From the UHGV virus genome UHGV-1619017: a stretch of DNA of 10,490 nt. One strand, written 5' to 3'. The notes under the pieces are model-generated. The model was given only the letters and a program-made list of their open reading frames with translations, was not told the origin of the DNA and searched no databases. Positions 1 to 7,270 of this stretch are shown one piece after another. The number at the start of each line of letters is the position of its first letter. The first letter of the stretch is position 1. The position numbers were made by a program, and so were the translations under genes. The DNA comes from a virus.

Positions 1-17
1 CACATAATTAAAGCTAT

Positions 18-725
18 TCAGAATTTGATCACTCCACTCACAGCCCCCTTTAACGCACTTGTAGCCATGCCAGCGGCACCGTTGACCAAAGCAGAAACAC
101 CTGAGCCTGCGGATGTGTATTTCTGGAAAGTGATTGGGTATGACAAGAACTCTGACACCTGATCACGTGAGCGAGTGATTTCCCCAAGTTGAGTAGGAAA
201 TACGCGCATTTCTTCTTCCAGTTCTTTTCCGCCGTCCTGAGTTACCCGGTAGACACGGATTTTCATCAGATATTCCGGAGGAAGGTTTATTGTTCCATCA
301 GGATTTGTTACACGAGAACGACGCTCTTTGAACCAGTCCATGATCTTGCCATCTTCGGTATCCCTCACGGTCATAGTGACCGGTCCGGCGCTAACATAGG
401 TTGGCTTGCTGAATTCTACGCTGCCGATCACCTTGCTTTCTGTCTCGATGTTTCCACTGCTGTACGTGATATCCTTCACGAACATATCGAAGCCGTTCAG
501 GCCATCCACTTCAACTGTCCATTGCCATCCCTGGGCATAACGGATACGCATAGCGGCAGCAACAATATTTTTCCCGTAGGCAATATCGCTACTGTAATTC
601 CCGCTTACCCCGCCGCCTGATATGGCTTTATCAAGAATGTCGCTAATGAGGTTGCTGGTGAATGATTTCGTGTTAAATGACAATGCGGTGGTCAACGTTC
701 TACCAACGCTGCTGAAAATACTCAC
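18..725 (-). CDS. Hypothetical phage virion protein, probably tail-associated (235 aa)
   Basis: Uninterrupted minus-strand ORF, co-directional and tightly packed with the sheath operon. Start is GTG at 725..723, preceded by GGAGG about 6 nt upstream (reverse complement of 729-733). C-terminal segment (RVFPTQLGEITRSRDQVSEFLSYPITFQ) has the alternating beta pattern I associate with tail-tube-family proteins; this is a weak, memory-based resemblance. Confidence 0.4.
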   Translation of the reverse strand: MSIFSSVGRTLTTALSFNTKSFTSNLISDILDKAISGGGVSGNYSSDIAYGKNIVAAAMRIRYAQGWQWTVEVDGLNGFDMFVKDITYSSGNIETESKVIGSVEFSKPTYVSAGPVTMTVRDTEDGKIMDWFKERRSRVTNPDGTINLPPEYLMKIRVYRVTQDGGKELEEEMRVFPTQLGEITRSRDQVSEFLSYPITFQKYTSAGSGVSALVNGAAGMATSALKGAVSGVIKF

Positions 726-740
726 TCTGCGCCTCCAGCG

Positions 741-1292
741 TTAAAAAATGGTAGCCCCCGGAATGATTGCCCGGTTTGAAGACATTTTTTCCTCAATCTC
801 CTGCACGCGGGCATATAGCGTGGCTTCATCGGGTAGATCGGAGTAGTCAAATTTTCCGTCGATGGACGCTCGCCGCTGCCGGGCGACATTTCTGACATTG
901 ATAAGCGCCTCCAGATACTCCTCCAGCATCCCAATGATCGCTGGCGGCACTTGCCATTCATCCAGCTTTCTGTCGCGTAGATTAACCAGATACAGCATCC
1001 GAAAAGGCCAGCGTTCTGCACCTGTTAGCTCTAATTCAATAAAGCCGGATAATTCATCCGAATAGACCAGCAGGCCATTGTTGTCGGTAACATGGACCAG
1101 AGAGAGATAATCTTCTGGCAATGGGATTGCCGTGCCACCCTCTTTTTCAAGTTTTAATGTTTTCACTACCCCTGCCCTGTCCTGATACGTTGTCAGTGCT
1201 TTGATCAGGAAGGCTTTCAGCGTTTCTTCTTCACGCACAAGCAGTGGATTAAATCGTGCTTTAACGCTTTCTAATAATTCGGTTGGTGTCAT
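741..1292 (-). CDS. Hypothetical phage structural protein (183 aa)
   Basis: ATG at 1292..1290; stop lies 15 nt upstream of the next gene's start; same strand and operon as the tail genes. No motif I can assign. Confidence 0.4.
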   Translation of the reverse strand: MTPTELLESVKARFNPLLVREEETLKAFLIKALTTYQDRAGVVKTLKLEKEGGTAIPLPEDYLSLVHVTDNNGLLVYSDELSGFIELELTGAERWPFRMLYLVNLRDRKLDEWQVPPAIIGMLEEYLEALINVRNVARQRRASIDGKFDYSDLPDEATLYARVQEIEEKMSSNRAIIPGATIF

Positions 1293-1318
1293 CGTACCTA
1301 CAACTCAAATACAAGGAA

Positions 1319-1339
1319 TTCCCGCCACAAGGGCGGGAA
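1319..1339 (-). terminator. GC-rich hairpin immediately 3' of the 163-aa gene; possible partial intrinsic terminator or mRNA stabiliser
   Basis: TTCCCGCC-acaag-GGCGGGAA, 8-bp perfect stem with 5-nt loop, beginning 5 nt after the stop codon (1345-1347). On the minus strand it is followed by UUCCUUGUAUUU, an interrupted U-tract. Confidence 0.35.
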
Positions 1340-1344
1340 AGAGA

Positions 1345-1836
1345 TCACTCTACCCAGTTGTAAACAATACGCAGGGAAGGCTTAACGACCGCTGTTACGT
1401 CTTCGGATGAGAAGTCCACGGCGTCGGAATACACTTTGCAATGAGAATATGTGCGGATCAGACCTTTATGGTTACCGCTATTCGATTCAGCCGCCGCCTG
1501 TAAGGTAATTTCCAGATATTCTTTTCCGTATACCATCTGTTTTACAGCGGCGAGAACTGCGCCTTCGATAGTTTCCGCGCATGTGACCTGAAATTCACCA
1601 GAGTTGCGTAATGGTCCGTGCTGGTTGAATTTCATGCCACCAGGGGCGTAATCCTCCACATCTTCGCGTGTCATTTCTGGTAACTGAGCTGTACGAACTA
1701 GTACAGACAGATGTTCGTAACCCTTAATGGTCATCCAATATTCAGAACCAATAAGTTTTTCGCCTGCAGCCAGGTTTTTATTAAACCGGGATTTTAGAAA
1801 GGCCATATCGGCTTTTGTATTTGCAAAACCGGACAT
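1345..1836 (-). CDS. Putative contractile-tail tube protein (gp19-like), tentative (163 aa)
   Basis: Size typical of myovirus tube proteins. Internal LP-containing segment (YWMTIKGYEHLSVLVRTAQLPEMTREDVE) and C-terminal ...RIVYNWVE resemble the T4 gp19-family pattern as I recall it. Followed immediately by a GC-rich hairpin (1319-1339). Confidence 0.3.
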   Translation of the reverse strand: MSGFANTKADMAFLKSRFNKNLAAGEKLIGSEYWMTIKGYEHLSVLVRTAQLPEMTREDVEDYAPGGMKFNQHGPLRNSGEFQVTCAETIEGAVLAAVKQMVYGKEYLEITLQAAAESNSGNHKGLIRTYSHCKVYSDAVDFSSEDVTAVVKPSLRIVYNWVE

Positions 1837-1844
1837 AAATACTC

Positions 1845-2435
1845 CTACACAAAAACAGATGAGATATTGCTACGGTTGATCGATGTGTTACCGCTGCATT
1901 GCAGGGTTACCGTGTTATGAGTGAAATAGCCTTCCGGTGTGCGCGGGGCGTCCAGTTGGTAACTCACGCTTTTGATAACAACGTCGGTAAGGGCTATGTT
2001 CCTACCTATGTTTAACGTTACTGTCTCCGGGCGACGACCGAATGGCGCTACATTGTTCAGTTCCGGCGATTCCATCTTCAGCAATGCTGTAATGGCTGCG
2101 TTCACTTCAAGTTGCGCGTTCGTTGTCGCCATGAAATCAATTACCAGATTAAATTCAGGCGGTTGCTGACCTTCCCAAACAAGCATTGAGTTGAAGAGGG
2201 TTTTTGTTGTTACGCCGGTTGCGGTCTGAAGCGTATCTGCAAGAGAGCCAGCCGCAGCGCTAATACCGCCAAGCAAACCTCCTACTGACTGGTTTTCAAA
2301 TGGTGATTGCCACATTGATGACAGTTCTGCGGTAGATCCTTCACCGATATAACCGACGACCATATCCTCTGAAGAGAGGATATAAACCTTCATTAACGGA
2401 CTTATTCCGTCAGGCATTATCGCGCCGCAAATCAA
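1845..2435 (-). CDS. Hypothetical phage tail-associated protein; start ambiguous (about 182-196 aa)
   Basis: The track start at 2435 is a TTG with GGGAGA about 8 nt upstream. Alternative ATG starts at 2417 (no SD) and 2393 (MKVYILSSEDMVV..., weak SD). Beta-rich protein ending ...VTLQCSGNTSINRSNISSVFV. Function not assignable from sequence. Confidence 0.35.
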   Translation of the reverse strand: MICGAIMPDGISPLMKVYILSSEDMVVGYIGEGSTAELSSMWQSPFENQSVGGLLGGISAAAGSLADTLQTATGVTTKTLFNSMLVWEGQQPPEFNLVIDFMATTNAQLEVNAAITALLKMESPELNNVAPFGRRPETVTLNIGRNIALTDVVIKSVSYQLDAPRTPEGYFTHNTVTLQCSGNTSINRSNISSVFV

Positions 2436-2484
2436 ACGCTATTTCTCCCAGGTAGAGGCCACCTATGCAGGCGGCCTATGTCAC

Positions 2485-3219
2485 TTACAAACCGCGTTTT
2501 TTGCGAATGCGCATTGATTTTTTGCGGTTGATATTCGCTACGGATGTATGTGCTTTGCGGCGTGCTTTTTTCAGCGCCTGTTTTTGCAATGACGTCATGC
2601 GGCGAGGACGCGGGCGTTTACGGATGATGGTAACCTTGCCATCACGAACCACTTTTTTACGTACCGCTTCCAGCATTGCGCTATCACCACCAGCAACGGT
2701 GTAAATGGCAATAGCTGTTTCCATCATGTCGGTGTCGCTTTCGGAAAGAGCGTCATAAACACGTTCGGCAGCTGAGTCATCTTCATCGTCGATCATTTCG
2801 GTTACATCGTCCTGATCAGCGCCAAGCGCAACAGCTGCATCAGCAAGAGCTGCGAGAGCATCGTTATAAGCATCGATTTGCTCATCGGTGAAATCGGTGT
2901 CTTCATCGATATCAGCCAGGCCAGCCATAGTGATTGCTAATGCATCAAATGAGTCAGCCTCCGGATCACCATCTTCAACCCAACCAGCAAGCATGGAAGC
3001 TGCCAGGCTGCGCATATCACCTTGTGCACGGGATTCAACCGCTTCCATCATCGCGGTTTCAATGTCGTCTTTGGGCTTTGGTTGAGTGTCCTTTCCTTTC
3101 TGTCCTGCGCTTTCCAGCATGGCGTTATCATTATTGTCCTGCGTGGATTTATCACCGCTTTCAAAGCAGCCAGAACCGAAAATCGCACGCATAAAAGGAT
3201 CAGCAGTATAATTTTTCAT
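2485..3219 (-). CDS. Bipartite protein with a strongly acidic Asp/Glu-rich body and a highly basic Arg/Lys-rich C-terminal tail (244 aa from the ATG)
   Basis: The track start at 3225 is a TTG; the ATG at 3219..3217 is preceded by GGAGAGAGG with about 7 nt spacing and is the likelier start. Acidic region DIDEDTDFTDEQIDAYNDALAALADAAVALGADQDDVTEMIDDEDDSAAERVYDALSESDTDMMETA; basic tail KRPRPRRMTSLQKQALKKARRKAHTSVANINRKKSMRIRKKRGL. Antisense plus-strand ORFs in this span are short and lack ribosome-binding sites. Confidence 0.5.
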   Translation of the reverse strand: MKNYTADPFMRAIFGSGCFESGDKSTQDNNDNAMLESAGQKGKDTQPKPKDDIETAMMEAVESRAQGDMRSLAASMLAGWVEDGDPEADSFDALAITMAGLADIDEDTDFTDEQIDAYNDALAALADAAVALGADQDDVTEMIDDEDDSAAERVYDALSESDTDMMETAIAIYTVAGGDSAMLEAVRKKVVRDGKVTIIRKRPRPRRMTSLQKQALKKARRKAHTSVANINRKKSMRIRKKRGL

Positions 3220-3233
3220 ATTCAAACCTCTCT

Positions 3234-3255
3234 CCCCCGCATCATTTAGCGGGGG
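3234..3255 (-). other. GC-rich hairpin between the sheath stop and the ribosome-binding site of the acidic/basic protein gene
   Basis: CCCCCGC-atcattta-GCGGGGG, 7-bp stem with 8-nt loop, 7 nt after the sheath stop and directly 5' of the GAGAGG SD. No U-tract on the minus strand, so not a canonical terminator. Confidence 0.3.
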
Positions 3256-3262
3256 TTATAAA

Positions 3263-4921
3263 TCAGCGCATCAGAATTGGCTTACCGACGATTCGGCGAG
3301 CTGTACCGGTCGGACAAACAGACCAGGACACCTCCCACAGATCGATGTCCTTTTGGACAACCTGAACAACATATGGATCTTCACCCTGGGACTTGTCACG
3401 TGGAGTAACCAGCGCACCGGCTGCAACATAACGGTCAAGCAATTCAGTCATTGCTTTCATTAGCGTTTCTTTGGTAATGCCATCCGGTTCGTGCTTAATC
3501 GCCTGAGCTACTTCATAGAAATCTCTGGCGATGGCGTTCATCAAGGAAGACACATGCTGGAATCGCAGATAGTTGTTTTTGCTGTAAGTTGTTAAAGAGT
3601 CGTCAATGTAAACGGACCCGTCAGCAGCAACTGAAACTGGATTAATGCGCGCAAGAACGAACGCTTCACGATCAACTGCACCGATATTTGGAATTCGGGC
3701 AATGTTCTGTCGATCAATAATCGCGCGTGATATACCTGCCGGTGCGTAATGCCAACCACCAACATCCGGTACCAGCGCCACTCCTTTTGCTTTCGCTACG
3801 AATGCATCGCAACTGATGCCGTAAACAACATTCATACCGGTGAAGGTATCTCGGCAGGAGAATGGGAAGTAGTAGCGGCTTGGCTGGTGTGAGCCACCAA
3901 AACTATGGCTTTTAGCTTCTGAAATAGCATTTTCTGGTGTCTGGTTGCCCTTCAGGTCGTAGAACATGTCTACACGAACGTCTTCTGCCAGATTTTTGAG
4001 CGCGGCTAAGGCGGATGCGTCATAGCAGCCCAGTGACAGTAATGCGGTGTAATTAACCTCCGAGGCTTCGAGAACCTTTAATGCTTCCAGATAGTCTTCG
4101 GTGTCAATGGTGGACAAATCGCCATCAGTGCCGCCTTCAAAAGCCACATCCTCAAACATGAGTTGAGCAGCAGATGCTTCCGCATTATCTGCCAGGACGG
4201 CACCAATGCGAGTGGACTGGCTTTCAAGCAGTGTCGGAATCCATGCTGGTTGGCCCATGTCGTTAGTGCCTTCTGGATTGAAGGACACCTGGTGGCTTTC
4301 CAGCACCTCAACAGACCCATCGGTTTGTTTTTCTTTCAGCGTCAGCGTAAAGAGTTCACTTTCTTCATCATCGCGAGTTAGTGATAACGTGCGATTTTGA
4401 GATGCATCACCATCTTTGATGAAGAATAATGCCTTCCCTTCGTCTTTAATCTGGGGAGTTTCTTTTGGTGTGAAAGTTACTGATTGTGTCGTTGCAGTTG
4501 AAGCAACACCCACGCTCAATGTGTCACCTGGATTTACTGTGGTTTCAGCAGGTTCCACGGTAAGTGTTTTGTTGGCCTTTGCCGCTTTTGCTCTGCTCGC
4601 GACGGAAACAGAAATTCCCGGCACCTTCATGTCTTTAGCGCAAACACGAACGACATAACCAGAGCCACCTTTTACGGCACGCTCTACGTGGCGGTATGGT
4701 TCAAATGCCGATCCCAGGCGAGGGTGAATAGGTGAACCTAATACGCTTTGATAAGTCGTATCGTCAACTTTCAGCACTTTACCCGGTGCGCCACGACGCG
4801 ATATTACAAGCCCAGCAAAGACAGATGCGCCACCGCTGGTATTGGTGAGGGTAGCGTCAGCATTTACCGCCATTACAGCAACGCCAGCTGCCTGCCCTAC
4901 CGAAAAACTAATCTTATTCAT
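3263..4921 (-). CDS. Phage tail sheath protein (contractile tail), with an internal Ig-like insertion (552 aa)
   Basis: ATG at 4921..4919, stop TGA at 3265..3263. C-terminal half carries sheath-family landmarks as I recall them: YYFPF, GGWHYAPAGISRA (W-x-APA), ARINPVSVAADGSVYIDDSLT, YLRFQHVSSLMNAI, and a C-terminal beta segment VVQVVQKDIDLWEVSWSVCP. N-terminal AG...G...VLGSP pattern resembles sheath N-termini. Residues about 100-230 are Thr/Ser/Val-rich and Ig-like (LTVEPAETTVNPGDTLSVG). Confidence 0.65.
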   Translation of the reverse strand: MNKISFSVGQAAGVAVMAVNADATLTNTSGGASVFAGLVISRRGAPGKVLKVDDTTYQSVLGSPIHPRLGSAFEPYRHVERAVKGGSGYVVRVCAKDMKVPGISVSVASRAKAAKANKTLTVEPAETTVNPGDTLSVGVASTATTQSVTFTPKETPQIKDEGKALFFIKDGDASQNRTLSLTRDDEESELFTLTLKEKQTDGSVEVLESHQVSFNPEGTNDMGQPAWIPTLLESQSTRIGAVLADNAEASAAQLMFEDVAFEGGTDGDLSTIDTEDYLEALKVLEASEVNYTALLSLGCYDASALAALKNLAEDVRVDMFYDLKGNQTPENAISEAKSHSFGGSHQPSRYYFPFSCRDTFTGMNVVYGISCDAFVAKAKGVALVPDVGGWHYAPAGISRAIIDRQNIARIPNIGAVDREAFVLARINPVSVAADGSVYIDDSLTTYSKNNYLRFQHVSSLMNAIARDFYEVAQAIKHEPDGITKETLMKAMTELLDRYVAAGALVTPRDKSQGEDPYVVQVVQKDIDLWEVSWSVCPTGTARRIVGKPILMR

Positions 4922-4958
4922 GCTGTGTTCTTATCCTCTAAAGCGAGAGAACGAGGCA

Positions 4959-4985
4959 AGGCTACCCACGGTTAATGGGTAGCCT
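4959..4985 (-). other. Hairpin immediately 3' of the Ig-like gene and 5' of the sheath gene
   Basis: AGGCTACCCA-cggttaa-TGGGTAGCCT, 10-bp stem with 7-nt loop, 4 nt after the stop (4990-4992). Followed on the minus strand by a pyrimidine-rich but not U-rich tract. Possible attenuator or processing site. Confidence 0.3.
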
Positions 4986-4989
4986 CTGA

Positions 4990-5268
4990 TCAGGATTCGC
5001 CTACCGTGAAGTTGTCGCCTACGGTTACTTCTTTCGTAGTCGGTTCAACACTGACGGCGCTTACGCTTTTAGGTGCCTCCCTAACAGTGACCGTGCACTG
5101 TGCGGTTTTATTGCCGTCATTAGTTTTGATTGTCAGCACTGCCTGCCCTGCCTTAAGAGCGGTACATGTAGTGCCATCAACCCGGACAATTTCAGGGTGA
5201 TCGGACTCAACAGTGAAAGATTTGTCTGTTGCGTCAGATGGCGTGATAGTTACTTGAATGTTTGCCAT
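4990..5268 (-). CDS. Small Ig-like (Big_2-type) domain protein, possibly a virion decoration or accessory protein (92 aa)
   Basis: ATG at 5268..5266 with AGGAGA 5 nt upstream. Sequence FTVESDHPEIVRVDGTTCTALKAGQAVLTIKTNDGNKTAQCTVTV matches the bacterial Ig-like group 2 pattern (..VATVD..G.VTALKAG.A.ITA...DG.K.A.C.VTV). Ends inside what looks like the start of a second Ig repeat (SVSAVSVEPTTKEVTVGDNFTVGES). Confidence 0.6.
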   Translation of the reverse strand: MANIQVTITPSDATDKSFTVESDHPEIVRVDGTTCTALKAGQAVLTIKTNDGNKTAQCTVTVREAPKSVSAVSVEPTTKEVTVGDNFTVGES

Positions 5269-5280
5269 TTTTTCTCCTGA

Positions 5281-5301
5281 ACGCCCCTTAATCAGGGGCG
5301 T
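5281..5301 (-). other. Hairpin directly 5' of the SD of the Ig-like gene; reads as an intrinsic terminator only on the plus strand
   Basis: ACGCCCCT-taatc-AGGGGCGT, 8-bp stem. On the plus strand it is followed by GTTTTTGCC (terminator-like). On the coding minus strand it is preceded by an A-run and followed 2 nt later by AGGAGA-aaaaa-ATG. Confidence 0.3.
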
Positions 5302-5414
5302 GTTTTTGCCTTACTTCTGCTTTGTTTTTTTCTGTGCCTTTGAAGTGTTCGCGGCGATAGTTTCACCTTCATCTACGTCAAGTGACGTTGGTGATACCGA
5401 CACGTTCGCCACCA

Positions 5415-7112
5415 TCACTTTTTTTCGTTAACCTTGCCTGTCAGCATGTCGATAGCACCTTCTTTGGCACGAGTCAGACGCAGGCGGGCGAAATAATTCT
5501 CACCGTTGCGCGGGTGGACTTCGTTGATAGCACTACCCCAGAGAGTGGTGCGGTTAACGAGAGATGGATTGGTTTCGTGCACATACGGGATTGCTGGGAC
5601 CGCATCACCAGCGATCAGCCCGGCTTTACCGATGCCTTCACCGCGACCATAGAAATAAATGTCATCCAGACCTAAGTCATATCCCTGAGCCTTGAATTGC
5701 TCACACACAGGCTGCGGCACTTCGTAAATACGAATCGTGCCAAACAGGGTGCCGATGTACTGCACATACGGTGACTGAACGTAGCCCGGCGCGATTTGGA
5801 AGTGCTGTGGAGGCAGAGAACGCAGGAAGTTAGCTGCGTCACCACCTGCGAAGCCACCGCGAATACCTGTGGTCAGGGTGCGGTTTGCCATTTCCTGAGA
5901 CAGGGCGTTTACTGCGTGGCGCAGGAGGCCGACCCAGGACTCATAGTTTTGAGCTTCAGGCAGAGCCACATCAAATTCACGACCATAAACGGTATGGAAT
6001 ACCAGGGTGCGCAGACGCATGATGTCGGTTTCATGGGAGATCCAGTTCCGCATTGCGGAGAACTGAAGTGCCGCCAATTCAAGGCCGTGTTCACGGCTTA
6101 AATCGGAAGCGGACATTACGGTGTGTTCGGAAGCAATTACGTACTGAGACGGTCGAACTTCATACTTACGCATAGCCTGGTTGATTACCGGAATCAGGCT
6201 TGGATTGCGCTCGATGTTAATTTCGACCTGAACCGCAATTTCAGTCCCTTCTGCTGGCGCTTGAGTGAAGGTAATGTCGATGACACCAGTGTCATAAGCG
6301 ACTTTTGCGGTAGCTGAGAATGCATTGCCTTTGCAGTCTTTATCATTGAAATAAAGGTTGCCATCGCCGTCGTCAACCTTGGACGGTTTGCGGTTGATAA
6401 GCAGCTTGTTATAACCAGCACGCAGCGGGCAGGACTGCCCCTCAAAATTTTGGATGTCGAACTGGAAAGTTTTGGTGCTGCCGTCCCCTTTCGTGGAAAG
6501 GGTATACAGGCGCTTCATTTGAGAATAAACACCAGCGGATTGCATATTCAGTTCGTCACCTTGCTCGAAGGTGCCGAATTTTGTGCCTGCTACGTTGACC
6601 AGTTCATAAATATTTGACTCATCACGATCACAAGGAACAAAAGTACAGGCATCACTGGTAGCAGCACCCAGAGAGGCAGGCAGAATTAGTGCAGCATATT
6701 GAGCAACTTTCATTACGCCGTCAGAGCTACGCATTGATTGCGCGACAGACTCAAACATTGCCTTGCCAGTGCCTACGTGTGTATCGCTGGCACATTCAGT
6801 CATCAGGCGTTCAAGTGCCATGTGTGCGTTTGCCAGGATATCGCTTGCCGGGTAGTGACCATGCTGGCGCTTGTACTCATGCAGAGACATAGCCCACCCA
6901 CCAGCGATCTGACGTGCAACCTCTGGATTTACGCCTTCAAACATAGCCTCCTTCTGGATAGCTTTATCCAGGTTCTCCATCATCGCTGCCTGATCAGCAA
7001 TCATATTGCCCGCAGCATCGGTGGTCGGATCGACGGTCATAGCCATGACGCTTGCCGCCCGATTCATAATCTCGCGCTCGCGATCACGAGCTGGCTGAAT
7101 GTTTTTATTCAC
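5415..7112 (-). CDS. Putative major capsid (head) protein precursor, tentative (565 aa)
   Basis: Long ORF immediately upstream of the Ig-like and sheath genes in the same operon. Start at 7112 is GTG (the track shows M) with AGGG about 8 nt upstream. Size and position next to the sheath gene are consistent with a P1-type gene 23-like arrangement, but that is from memory. The Met/Ala-rich helical N-terminal 100-150 aa could be a cleaved propeptide. No motif-level proof of capsid fold. Confidence 0.4.
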   Translation of the reverse strand: MNKNIQPARDREREIMNRAASVMAMTVDPTTDAAGNMIADQAAMMENLDKAIQKEAMFEGVNPEVARQIAGGWAMSLHEYKRQHGHYPASDILANAHMALERLMTECASDTHVGTGKAMFESVAQSMRSSDGVMKVAQYAALILPASLGAATSDACTFVPCDRDESNIYELVNVAGTKFGTFEQGDELNMQSAGVYSQMKRLYTLSTKGDGSTKTFQFDIQNFEGQSCPLRAGYNKLLINRKPSKVDDGDGNLYFNDKDCKGNAFSATAKVAYDTGVIDITFTQAPAEGTEIAVQVEINIERNPSLIPVINQAMRKYEVRPSQYVIASEHTVMSASDLSREHGLELAALQFSAMRNWISHETDIMRLRTLVFHTVYGREFDVALPEAQNYESWVGLLRHAVNALSQEMANRTLTTGIRGGFAGGDAANFLRSLPPQHFQIAPGYVQSPYVQYIGTLFGTIRIYEVPQPVCEQFKAQGYDLGLDDIYFYGRGEGIGKAGLIAGDAVPAIPYVHETNPSLVNRTTLWGSAINEVHPRNGENYFARLRLTRAKEGAIDMLTGKVNEKK

Positions 7113-7270
7113 GGTTAAGCCCTAAATTCGGGCGCGGCGTGAAGGTTCTTTTGACGAGCTAACAATACCAACTTTGTTATTTAGTCAATAGCATTAGTAA
7201 AATAAAATCTATTAACACTTATATTGTTATGTGCTTTAATTTTAGTTTTCTAACACAAATTATTAGAGTT
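7113..7270. promoter_or_regulatory. AT-rich divergent intergenic region between the capsid candidate (minus) and the ribbon-helix-helix gene (plus); putative promoters and operators
   Basis: About 160 bp, markedly AT-rich from 7160. Repeated motif ATTGTTA/TAACAAT: TAACAATA at 7160-7167 (inverted), TTGTTAT at 7175-7181, TATTGTTAT at 7222-7230. Minus-strand TTGACT -35-like hexamer (reverse complement of 7183-7188) without a clean -10. Promoter positions not resolved. Confidence 0.35.

Noticed and set aside
1-17. Possible start of a further minus-strand gene (ATG at 5..3) continuing beyond the window
   Set aside because: Only two codons are visible; cannot be assessed.
189-620. Plus-strand ORF of 143 aa
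   Set aside because: Entirely antisense to the 235-aa minus-strand gene, no ribosome-binding site, Cys/His/Phe-rich composition typical of antisense frames.
722-1021. Minus-strand ORF of 99 aa in an alternative frame
   Set aside because: Fully embedded out of frame in the 183-aa gene; Arg/Cys/Trp-rich composition; no independent start signal.
5269-5414. Possible tiny basic ORF (about 26 codons) on the minus strand in the capsid/Ig-like intergenic region
   Set aside because: No SD, very short, and it runs through the hairpin; more likely non-coding leader sequence.
6738-7118. Plus-strand ORF of 126 aa across the 5' end of the capsid candidate
   Set aside because: Antisense to a long well-formed ORF and His/Cys-rich; more likely a frame artefact.
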